This document shows positions 14,869-22,503 of a DNA stretch of 36,675 bases, piece after piece. The notes below the pieces were generated by a model. It did not search any database, was not told the origin of the DNA, and saw only the letters and a list, made by a program, of their open reading frames with translations. The stretch lies in the IMG/VR virus record IMGVR_UViG_3300045988_072490; one strand, given 5' to 3'. This DNA is from a virus. The first letter of the stretch is position 1, and each line of letters opens with the position of its first letter. Made by a program: the position numbers and the translations under genes.

Positions 14869-16256
14869 TGCTAGACCGTACACAGTTACACAAGTATCAG
14901 ATAACGGCCGTCAACCATATCGAGAACAACCCGTGCGCCGCGCTGTTTCTTGACATGGGATTAGGGAAAACCGTGTCCACGTTAACGGCCGTGTCTGACT
15001 TGATAGAACGATTTGAAGTAACTAAGGTATTGGTAGTAGCCCCCAAGAGAGTAGCGGAAATGACGTGGATAGACGAGGTTAACGCATGGAGCCATTTACG
15101 CCACCTACGCGTATCAGTCATTAAGGGCACCGCCAAACAAAGAGAAGCGGCAGCTAGGGCGGATGCGGATGTGTACACGGTTAGCCGGGATAATCTCGTA
15201 TGGCTCTTGCAAATGTGGGGCGGGCAAAAGGCTCCCTATGATATGTTAGTGTTGGACGAGTTAAGCAGTTTCAAGAATCACAGCGCCAAACGGTTCAAGG
15301 CGGCAAAAGTTATCCGCCGTAGTTGTTACCGTGTCGTAGGTCTTACCGGAACGCCCGCGCCAAATGGACTTATTGACCTGTGGGCGCAAATGTACCTTGT
15401 TGACGGCGGGCAAAGGCTAGGTAAGACGATAACCGATTACCGCGCCAACTACTTCCGACCGGGACGGCAGAACGCCGGGATAATCTACGAGTACAAACCG
15501 CTGGCCGATACCGAGGAGGTGATAGGGGGAAAGATATCCGACATCACGCTGTCAATGAAAGCACTTGATTTCCTGGATATGCCGGAAGTGACGTACATCA
15601 ACAATTATGTCGAGCTATCCGAGAAAGTGAAGAAGGCATACGACAAGTTCGAGGAGGAGCAACTTCTAACACTGCTTGACGCCGCCGGAGGGGATTCCAA
15701 AGAAATCACAGCGCTAAACGCCGCGGCCCTTACAAACAAGTTACTGCAATATGCAGGGGGTGCGGTCTACGATGAAGTACGGGACGTGTACAACGTGCAC
15801 GACGAAAAGATAGAGACCCTTGTAGAAATGGTTGAGGCGGCGAACGGAGCGCCCGTACTTGTGGCCTATGGTTTTAAGCACGAGGAAGCCCGGATAATGA
15901 AGGCTTTACAGCCGTTCGGTGCGCGGAGGCTTAACACCGTGGATGATGTAAGGGAGTGGAACGAGGGAAAGATACCCGTACTAGTAACGCACCCGGCGAG
16001 CGCGGGCCACGGGCTTAACATGCAGAAGGGCGGCAACCGTATAATATGGTACAGCGCTACATGGAGCCTGGAATTATATCAGCAGTTCAACGCGCGGTTG
16101 TGGAGGCAGGGCCAAAAGAACAGTGTATTCGTACACCACTTGATAAGCAAAGGAACCGTAGACGAGCGGGTAATAAGTGTGCTAAATGGAAAGGCCACCG
16201 CGCAGGACGGATTAATGAACATAGTTAAGGAACTAATTAAAAAATATAAATTATGA
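14868..16256 (+). CDS. SNF2-family helicase (462 aa)
   Basis: Motif I LDMGLGKT, motif II LVLDELSSF, motif III LTGTPAPNGLIDLW, motif VI QQFNARLWRQGQ. Confidence 0.9.
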   Translation: MLDRTQLHKYQITAVNHIENNPCAALFLDMGLGKTVSTLTAVSDLIERFEVTKVLVVAPKRVAEMTWIDEVNAWSHLRHLRVSVIKGTAKQREAAARADADVYTVSRDNLVWLLQMWGGQKAPYDMLVLDELSSFKNHSAKRFKAAKVIRRSCYRVVGLTGTPAPNGLIDLWAQMYLVDGGQRLGKTITDYRANYFRPGRQNAGIIYEYKPLADTEEVIGGKISDITLSMKALDFLDMPEVTYINNYVELSEKVKKAYDKFEEEQLLTLLDAAGGDSKEITALNAAALTNKLLQYAGGAVYDEVRDVYNVHDEKIETLVEMVEAANGAPVLVAYGFKHEEARIMKALQPFGARRLNTVDDVREWNEGKIPVLVTHPASAGHGLNMQKGGNRIIWYSATWSLELYQQFNARLWRQGQKNSVFVHHLISKGTVDERVISVLNGKATAQDGLMNIVKELIKKYKL

Positions 16257-17482
16257 ATGTATTGAGTTTATTCGACGGGATGAGTTGCGGACAAATCGCA
16301 CTTACCGAACTAGGGTGCTTCCCGGAAAAGTACTACGCTTCCGAGGTGGACAAGTTCGCCATACAGCAGACTATGCACGTGTTTCCGGGGACTATCCAAC
16401 TAGGGGACGTTACCAAGGTGGGCGTATCGCAATTGGATAGAATCGATTTGCTGATAGGGGGAAGCCCGTGCCAATCATTTTCATTTGCAGGAAAACAGGT
16501 GGGTATGGTTACAACTGATAAGGTGGATATAACCGACTTGCAGACCTACCTAGACCTCAAGGAAATGGGATTTGAATTTGAGGGGCAATCGTATCTCTTT
16601 TGGGAGTATATGCGCATATTGACAGACATACGGAAGTATAACCCGGACGTTAAGTTCCTGTTAGAAAATGTAGTTATGTCGAAGAAATGGGAAGCGGTAT
16701 TAACGGCAGCTATCGGAGTGGAACCAGTCAGGATTAATAGTAACCTAGTATCCGCGCAGAACCGGAAGCGCCTGTACTGGACTAACATAGCTGAGATACC
16801 CCAACCGAAAGACGAAGGAATATACATACGTGATATACTAGAGGACGAAGTAGATGAAAAGTACTATCTATCCGACAAGACCATACAGGGCATGATTAAC
16901 CACACCGAGAAAAGTACGGAGAAGGGAAACGGTTTCGGTGCGCGCGTTGTGTCACCGGACGGAAAGGCGAACACGCTATTGCAACGGTGCTACAAGGACG
17001 GTAAAGATAATCTTATAGTAGCTAGCCGAGGAAGAACGGACCCGGACGGTATTACTAGGCAGAACCTAGAACCGAGAACGGACGGAAAATCTAACTGTAT
17101 AACAATGGTGCAAAAAGATAACCTGTTGTTGGAGTGGTTGCGGGAGTGGTTGCGGGATTTATCGCCCCGCGTAAAGGGGGTAACAGTCACTACGGAGGGA
17201 ATAAGGACCCACAGGGGAGACGCTAAGAAATCCGGGGTAAGCGTATTGGGGACTATCCGTTTCTCCGATTCGAAAAATGACACCCTGTTAACAGGCTCGA
17301 AAAATTTGGTACTAAGAGAGGACTGTCGTGTAAGACGGTTAACGCCTAGAGAGTGCGCACGGTTGCAGACCGTACCGGAGTGGTACGAGTGGGTGGTATC
17401 TGACACACAGATATACCGGATGTGCGGTAACGGGTGGACGGTAAAGGTAATAGAGCATATATTAGGGAATTTATTCATTTAA
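16253..17482 (+). CDS. DNA (cytosine-5) methyltransferase (409 aa)
   Basis: Motifs LSLFDGMSCG (I), GGSPCQSFS (IV), ENV (VI), QNRKRLYW (VIII), RRLTPRECARLQTVP (IX) and GNGWTV (X). Confidence 0.9.
   Translation: MNVLSLFDGMSCGQIALTELGCFPEKYYASEVDKFAIQQTMHVFPGTIQLGDVTKVGVSQLDRIDLLIGGSPCQSFSFAGKQVGMVTTDKVDITDLQTYLDLKEMGFEFEGQSYLFWEYMRILTDIRKYNPDVKFLLENVVMSKKWEAVLTAAIGVEPVRINSNLVSAQNRKRLYWTNIAEIPQPKDEGIYIRDILEDEVDEKYYLSDKTIQGMINHTEKSTEKGNGFGARVVSPDGKANTLLQRCYKDGKDNLIVASRGRTDPDGITRQNLEPRTDGKSNCITMVQKDNLLLEWLREWLRDLSPRVKGVTVTTEGIRTHRGDAKKSGVSVLGTIRFSDSKNDTLLTGSKNLVLREDCRVRRLTPRECARLQTVPEWYEWVVSDTQIYRMCGNGWTVKVIEHILGNLFI
17132..17155 (+). repeat. 12-bp in-frame tandem duplication GAGTGGTTGCGG x2 (EWLR EWLR) inside the methyltransferase variable region
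   Basis: Read directly at 17132-17143 and 17144-17155. Confidence 0.9.
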
Positions 17483-17495
17483 TTAAATGTAAAGT

Positions 17496-17969
17496 ATGAA
17501 AACAACAAATTACAAGAAAGGTGATGTAGTATTACTGAATGACGGATACCGTTACGAGTATTTAGGAGAGATACTGCTAGCAGATGACCACGCGTCGCAT
17601 ACGTATAGGCCGCTAGACGGAAAGACGGATTATGGGCTGGTAAAGGGCGCCGCGGGCGGGATAGCACCATTCGGCTATAAGGTATCCGCCGAGGTGGTAA
17701 GCGCGAAAGGGCGCAACAAGTTATTACGGTGGTTCCTTGAGTCCAACCGTTGGAAACACTTCCTTTATGCTATCCCGGCGGGCGCGATAAACTTTTGGTT
17801 TGCTATCGGGCTAGCTCTAGGTATGGAGTTCAAAGATGCGCAGCACGGCGGTACTTTCGATTGGGTGGACGCCACGTGCACAGCAGTGGGCGGTTTCGTA
17901 GGGGCCGCGCTATCCTGGTGGCTATTGGGCAATTACGTATTACATTACCTAGTCAAACTAATCTTTTAA
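17496..17969 (+). CDS. Membrane protein (157 aa): soluble N-terminal domain plus two C-terminal TM helices
   Basis: HFLYAIPAGAINFWFAIGLALGM and TAVGGFVGAALSWWLLGNYVL. Confidence 0.6.
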   Translation: MKTTNYKKGDVVLLNDGYRYEYLGEILLADDHASHTYRPLDGKTDYGLVKGAAGGIAPFGYKVSAEVVSAKGRNKLLRWFLESNRWKHFLYAIPAGAINFWFAIGLALGMEFKDAQHGGTFDWVDATCTAVGGFVGAALSWWLLGNYVLHYLVKLIF

Positions 17970-17980
17970 ATCATAAAGTT

Positions 17981-18295
17981 ATGGCAGACATGGAGCATTT
18001 ATTCAGAGAGCAGGAAATGAGGGAACAGGCCGAGGCAACCGGACGTCCCACAGCGAACGAGATTTTCAAGACCGCATTGTACCGCGCGGAAAAGGCGCAA
18101 TATAATATGCGTATGAAGATAGGGAAGGCGGAAGCCGAGGAAGTGGTAATATACGCGGAGAGCGTGCCGAGGAACCTAAAGAGGGCTACGGACTTTACGT
18201 TTTACCGGAAAAACAATCCGCAAGTACAACTGACATTGACGCGCACGGAGATGTATGCGTTACTGGGAAAGATACGGGAGGCGTTGAGGCTATGA
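17981..18295 (+). CDS. Hypothetical helical protein (104 aa from ATG 17981)
   Basis: The track ORF 17750..18295 overlaps the previous gene by 220 nt. The internal ATG at 17981 (MADMEHLF...) begins 12 nt after that gene's stop. Confidence 0.55.
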   Translation: MADMEHLFREQEMREQAEATGRPTANEIFKTALYRAEKAQYNMRMKIGKAEAEEVVIYAESVPRNLKRATDFTFYRKNNPQVQLTLTRTEMYALLGKIREALRL

Positions 18296-18435
18296 TTAAG
18301 AGATTTTGCAAGTGGATGAGTAGCCCGGAAGATTTGCCCGGGCTAGTAGTGAGAATGTTAACAGCGATTTTAATAATAGTGGTTTGGGCGTTCCTGTTGG
18401 CGCTGATAGCCGCATTAACAATGTGTAGATTATAA
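18292..18435 (+). CDS. Small single-pass membrane protein (47 aa, MIKRFCKWMSSPEDLPGLVVRMLTAILIIVVWAFLLALIAALTMCRL)
   Basis: Hand-translated. ATGA overlap at the 5' end and TAATG overlap at the 3' end link it to both neighbours. Confidence 0.5.
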   Translation: MIKRFCKWMSSPEDLPGLVVRMLTAILIIVVWAFLLALIAALTMCRL

Positions 18436-19007
18436 TGGGACAGAAACAAATGGATTGCAGAAAGAAACCGCTAGAGTTCGTAATACAGGACCTAGCCACG
18501 ATACTAAATGTAAATGAGTTCTTCCTATTCAAGTTCTGCAAGGAGAACGGGATATATTACCGGAAGGTTAAAAATTTCCCCTATCACCTAGTGAAGGCTA
18601 TGGATATTTGTGAGGCGATTCCAAAGATAAGAGGGGGGATAGCTACGGTACGGGACGATAGGAACACGAGAACGGAACCAAACCGGATACCAACTATTGA
18701 GACCCTATTTATCAAGGACAACAAAAAGACCAGGCTAGACAAGTTCAATACGGAGGATGTCCCTAGGATATGGTGCCCGGGAACGGGGACGGTTAATTAC
18801 CGAGGCAGGGTAGAATCAAATGTAATATACCGCCTTAACTATTATAAGGACGGCACCGTATCACTAGACATGTGGAAATGGTCGTTCCATAAGTGGGAAA
18901 CGGTGGAACCGTGCAGGGCGCTAAGGAATCGTAAGGAAATTTTACGCGAATGGGCATGCAAACATAGCTTTATAGCGAGGGATAAAGACGGTAAAGTAGT
19001 CGAATAG
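18435..19007 (+). CDS. Hypothetical protein (190 aa), last gene of the early arm; possible N-terminal HTH
   Basis: ORF in a coupled chain. The N-terminus LEFVIQDLATILNVNEFFLFKFCKENGI is weakly HTH-like. Confidence 0.55.
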   Translation: MGQKQMDCRKKPLEFVIQDLATILNVNEFFLFKFCKENGIYYRKVKNFPYHLVKAMDICEAIPKIRGGIATVRDDRNTRTEPNRIPTIETLFIKDNKKTRLDKFNTEDVPRIWCPGTGTVNYRGRVESNVIYRLNYYKDGTVSLDMWKWSFHKWETVEPCRALRNRKEILREWACKHSFIARDKDGKVVE

Positions 19008-19262
19008 CTGAAAAAACTTTCTTCTCAAATTTCTATGTTATTACAATTTTAGTGACGACACAAAGATTTTGAGAGGAAAGTTTTTTCTCATTTTATTAAC
19101 ATTTTAGGTTAATTGATACTAAATCGTTGTAAACAATATTTTTTGAGAGACAATTTGAAAATAACGTTTTTCGGGCAAAAAGAGTGTTTTAAAGGATATT
19201 GAGAGAAAAGTTTTTTGAGAGAAAATATACAATCAGCCGTTTTACGCATTTCTTCTCAAAAA
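19008..19262. repeat. Non-coding array of TTGAGAG/TTCTCAA and AAAGTTTTTTC motifs, including three copies of the composite 19-mer TTGAGARRAAAGTTTTTTC
   Basis: Composite copies: reverse at 19010-19028, forward at 19069-19087 and 19199-19217. Extra TTGAGAG at 19143-19149 and 19215-19221; extra TTCTCAA at 19253-19259. Confidence 0.8.
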
Positions 19263-19289
19263 AGTGTACTAAAAGGTTTTACAATTCTG

Positions 19290-19655
19290 TTTTATCTGTG
19301 ACACTTACCAATGACGCGTAAAGCGCTGATTATCAAGCTACAAACTTTTTGCCGTCACAGGTAAAGATTTTTCATCAGTGACACGTAACTGACTGATATT
19401 TATATAGTTATATATAGTGTAATAGATGTAATAGATGATTTGTATAGAGATAAAAATGAATGATTTTAGATTAGTGATTTGATATATATTAACTTATATT
19501 AATTAATATAAAATCAAAGGTGTTATTTTTTTATTTTTATCTTCCAGGGAAAATGCTATTACATCTGTGACACTGGCTGTAACTCGCTGTGCCACTGCAC
19601 TTTACGTGTCATTCTTCATCTGTGACACACCTATGGCATCTATTACACCCCTGCG
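19290..19655. promoter_or_regulatory. Structured non-coding element, copy B (paralog of 3231-3570)
   Basis: Motif copies at 19294-19304, 19374-19384, 19563-19573, 19618-19628 and 19638-19648 (variant); degenerate inverted copy at 19353-19362. Runs identical to copy A: 19416-19436, 19608-19628 and 19367-19384. Confidence 0.8.
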
Positions 19656-19728
19656 TTTCGGGACGTTAAGTTGCTGTAAAACAGATAGTTACGGTACGTA
19701 AACCACAATTATAGGCATTTAGCGTGTA

Positions 19729-19754
19729 TTTGAGGTGGGAATGTAGTATATTTG
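19729..19754 (+). promoter_or_regulatory. Candidate late promoter P4 (TATATTTG at 19747-19754)
   Basis: The TAnnTTTG box is followed by the shared TGTCAATAA motif, 28 nt upstream of the terS ATG. The nearest TTTG (19729-19732) is only 14 nt upstream, so the -33 element is uncertain. Confidence 0.5.
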
Positions 19755-19782
19755 CTGTCAATAATTAAGAATCAATTTTCGT

Positions 19783-20484
19783 ATGAATAAAACAGATAAG
19801 AACAAGGATGCGGGGAAGCCCGTGCCGGAGGTGGCAATAGGGAAAGACGGGGTGCCGGTGAACGTTGGTACGCAAGCCCGCCTCGAAAAATCCCCCACGC
19901 GCCTAAATCCGGCCGACGAAACCGGGTGCGATAGCGTTTTTCAGATATGCCGCCGCCGTTGGGGGCTGACCCCGCTTTGGCAGGAACCGGACGACCTTCT
20001 AGAAGCGTTCAGTCGGTACCGCGAGTGGATAGATGCGCACCCTATAATAGTACACGACGTAGTTAAGTCGGGTAACATGGCGGGTACCATACTAGACATT
20101 CCGAGAAAGCGACTTATGTCTGAATCGGACTTCTGCGCGTTCCTTGGCGCGGCACCTAACTATTTGGCGGACCGTAGACGGATATATGAAGCCAATTACG
20201 AAGAGTTCGGTCTAGAGGCATCCAAGGGATTCGCCGAAGCTATCGACAATATCCGTATGATGATATTTCAGGATATGGACGCGGGCGCGGCGTCGCAGGC
20301 GTTCGACCCTACGTACATCCGCTCTTTACGCGGGCTGAAAACAGCGCTTGACTACACATCCGGTGGCAAGGAGATTAAAGGAGGCCTCACAATACAGGTT
20401 TCAGACCCTAGGACGGCATCTAGAGTCCAAAAGCTAAAGGACTTCAAGAAAGAGCACAAAACGTCAGAAAACGAAGGAAAATAG
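19783..20484 (+). CDS. terS: Terminase small subunit (233 aa)
   Basis: Lies immediately upstream of terL. LEAFSRYREWIDAHP...RKRLMSESDFCAFLGAAPNYLADRR fits the Terminase_2-type pattern (from memory). Confidence 0.7.
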   Translation: MNKTDKNKDAGKPVPEVAIGKDGVPVNVGTQARLEKSPTRLNPADETGCDSVFQICRRRWGLTPLWQEPDDLLEAFSRYREWIDAHPIIVHDVVKSGNMAGTILDIPRKRLMSESDFCAFLGAAPNYLADRRRIYEANYEEFGLEASKGFAEAIDNIRMMIFQDMDAGAASQAFDPTYIRSLRGLKTALDYTSGGKEIKGGLTIQVSDPRTASRVQKLKDFKKEHKTSENEGK

Positions 20485-20490
20485 CCTTAT

Positions 20491-21660
20491 ATGAAATGTA
20501 CATATGTATTCGATAAAATGATAGGCCCGGTAACCGACCCGTACATAAGAGGGATAGCGAGTAAAGGCGGTACGCGTTCTTCTAAGACTTGGAGCGTGTT
20601 ACAGTTACTTTACCTAATCGCCCGGGAAAGTACCGAGCCGCTAATGATTAGTTGCGTAACGGACACATTGCCCGCAGTCCGTCGCGGTATGTTGCGCGAC
20701 TTCACAAATATGCTGATAGACGAAGGAGTATGGGAGGACAGCGCGTTCAACAAGTCCGAGATGATATACACCGTAAAGGAAGGTGTATATATTGAATTCT
20801 TCGGGTGCGACAGTGCCGCCAAGGTACACGGCCCGGCGCGCGACATTCTTTTCATCAACGAGGCGCAAAGGGTGCCGAGGGAAATATTCCGGCAACTGGA
20901 CGTGCGTACCCGGCTAAAGGTGATAATCGACTTTAACCCCGTCCGTAGATTTTGGGGCGAGACTGATTTTGTAGGGGACAAGTACGTAACTATCCACAGC
21001 ACGTACAAAGACAACCCGTTCCTGACCGAACAACAAGTACAGGCAATCGAGAAGAACGCCAACGACCCAAATTGGTGGCGCGTATACGGTGAAGGACAGA
21101 CAGGCGGGCTGGAAGGCCTCATATATCCAGAAATTGACATTATTGAGGAGTTGCCCAAGGAATTACAGGGCGAGGACACAAAACGCTGTGTAGGGATTGA
21201 TTTCGGCTTTCAGCAAGACCCGACCGCAATAGTCGATATCTACATGCGTGGTTGGGATCTGTACATAGATGAAATTTGCTACCGTACCGGAATGCTGAAC
21301 CGCACAATAGCCGAGACGCTAAAGGAAGCCGGGCTGCATAACGTCTACACCGTATGCGACAATGCCGAGCAGAAGAGTATCGTGGAGATACGGCAGCACG
21401 GATGCAAAACTATCCCCTGTGTGAAGGGCAAAGGCTCCGTAAAGGCAGGCATTCAGCAGGTGAAGCAATTCCGGATACACGTAACGAAAAGGAGCGATAA
21501 CGTACTGGACGAGGCGGATAACTATTCATACGTCAAGGACAACATGACGGACCTGTACACCAACGAGCCGATAGATGCATATAACCATGCATGGGACGCT
21601 ATCCGTTACGGCGTCGATTTCCTTATCCGAAAGTACCGACCTAAGGCGGCCGCACAATGA
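20491..21660 (+). CDS. terL: Terminase large subunit (389 aa, PBSX/Terminase_3-like)
   Basis: Walker A-like GGTRSSKT, Walker B ILFINEA, nuclease-domain GIDFGFQQDPTA and C-terminal HAWDAIRY. Confidence 0.85.
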   Translation: MKCTYVFDKMIGPVTDPYIRGIASKGGTRSSKTWSVLQLLYLIARESTEPLMISCVTDTLPAVRRGMLRDFTNMLIDEGVWEDSAFNKSEMIYTVKEGVYIEFFGCDSAAKVHGPARDILFINEAQRVPREIFRQLDVRTRLKVIIDFNPVRRFWGETDFVGDKYVTIHSTYKDNPFLTEQQVQAIEKNANDPNWWRVYGEGQTGGLEGLIYPEIDIIEELPKELQGEDTKRCVGIDFGFQQDPTAIVDIYMRGWDLYIDEICYRTGMLNRTIAETLKEAGLHNVYTVCDNAEQKSIVEIRQHGCKTIPCVKGKGSVKAGIQQVKQFRIHVTKRSDNVLDEADNYSYVKDNMTDLYTNEPIDAYNHAWDAIRYGVDFLIRKYRPKAAAQ

Positions 21661-21821
21661 TAGAGATATACGAGCGTGTGCAGGTTACCGAGGACGGAAG
21701 GACGGGAACCGTATTGGAATCGGATGTATTGGGCGTTGTAGTCCAATACGACGGAACGGATGAACAAGAGTGGCTATTTTATGAACAAGTTGAACAATTA
21801 GAATTTGACGAATATGAATAA
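21657..21821 (+). CDS. Small acidic protein (54 aa, MIEIYERVQVTEDGRTGTVLESDVLGVVVQYDGTDEQEWLFYEQVEQLEFDEYE)
   Basis: Hand-translated. ATGA overlap with the terL stop; its end overlaps the next ATG (ATGAATAA). Confidence 0.5.
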   Translation: MIEIYERVQVTEDGRTGTVLESDVLGVVVQYDGTDEQEWLFYEQVEQLEFDEYE

Positions 21822-22500
21822 GATTAGATTTAAAGGGCTTGAGGATATCGTATTGATGTCGTGCCCGAATACCGTGAAGGGCCGTATGAAACGCGCGCTA
21901 ATGCGCATATACTATGCACTTTGTCGGTATAATAACGCCAAACAATTGGAATTTATATGTAACTTGCACCCGTGTTACGAAGGTCGGCTAACTTCCGACC
22001 AAAGTAAGTTGTTAGATAAATTGTCGGAGTACGTCAAGGCTTCCCCGTTCATAACCAAAAAGCTAAAGACCGTGTACGTCATTCCGAATATTGAGAAAGT
22101 CACGCTATGGCAGCTAATCGAGACGCGCCGAGCCGAGACAGCAACGGAGAAGGTTACGAAGTGGTGCACCCCGGTTGAGGGACAGACGGCCGAGTATTCA
22201 CCCGATAACGTATATCACTTGCTAACCGCGATGAAGTACATACGGGAGCAGATTAAGACGGCCGACGATTTGGAACGGACGTTGTTTCCACAGGGCGCGG
22301 GCGGGCCGGACGCAGAGCCGGACACACTGAAAGAGGCAAAGAACATATTGACGTTGGTACAGGCTACAGCGGAGTTGTTCAACTGCTCGTTCGAGGAGGC
22401 GAAAAGGATAAATTACCTAGACGCCATATTGGCACTGTCCAAGAGACACGAGGAAGTAGAAAAGGAAAAAGCGGAAATGAAGAAACATTTTAACAAATAA
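21814..22500 (+). CDS. Hypothetical protein (228 aa from ATG 21814)
   Basis: The ORF-track start 21805 is a TTG; an ATG lies 9 nt downstream. No recognisable motif. Confidence 0.6.
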   Translation: MNKIRFKGLEDIVLMSCPNTVKGRMKRALMRIYYALCRYNNAKQLEFICNLHPCYEGRLTSDQSKLLDKLSEYVKASPFITKKLKTVYVIPNIEKVTLWQLIETRRAETATEKVTKWCTPVEGQTAEYSPDNVYHLLTAMKYIREQIKTADDLERTLFPQGAGGPDAEPDTLKEAKNILTLVQATAELFNCSFEEAKRINYLDAILALSKRHEEVEKEKAEMKKHFNK

Positions 22501-22503
22501 CTT

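Noticed and set aside
17391-17420. Palindrome TATCTGacacaCAGATA within the methyltransferase gene, resembling the iteron
   Set aside because: It is a single occurrence inside a coding sequence, lacks the full 11-mer and is plausibly chance.
17750-17980. Upstream extension of ORF 17750..18295 (Arg/Gly-rich METLPLCYPGGRDK...)
   Set aside because: It overlaps the well-formed membrane-protein gene 17496..17969 by 220 nt in another frame and has junk-like composition. The internal ATG 17981 follows that gene's stop.
21575-21763. 62-aa + strand ORF overlapping the terL 3' end
   Set aside because: It has the Arg/Gly/Cys-rich composition typical of an out-of-frame read. The alternative 54-aa ORF 21657..21821 is protein-like and start/stop-coupled to both neighbours.
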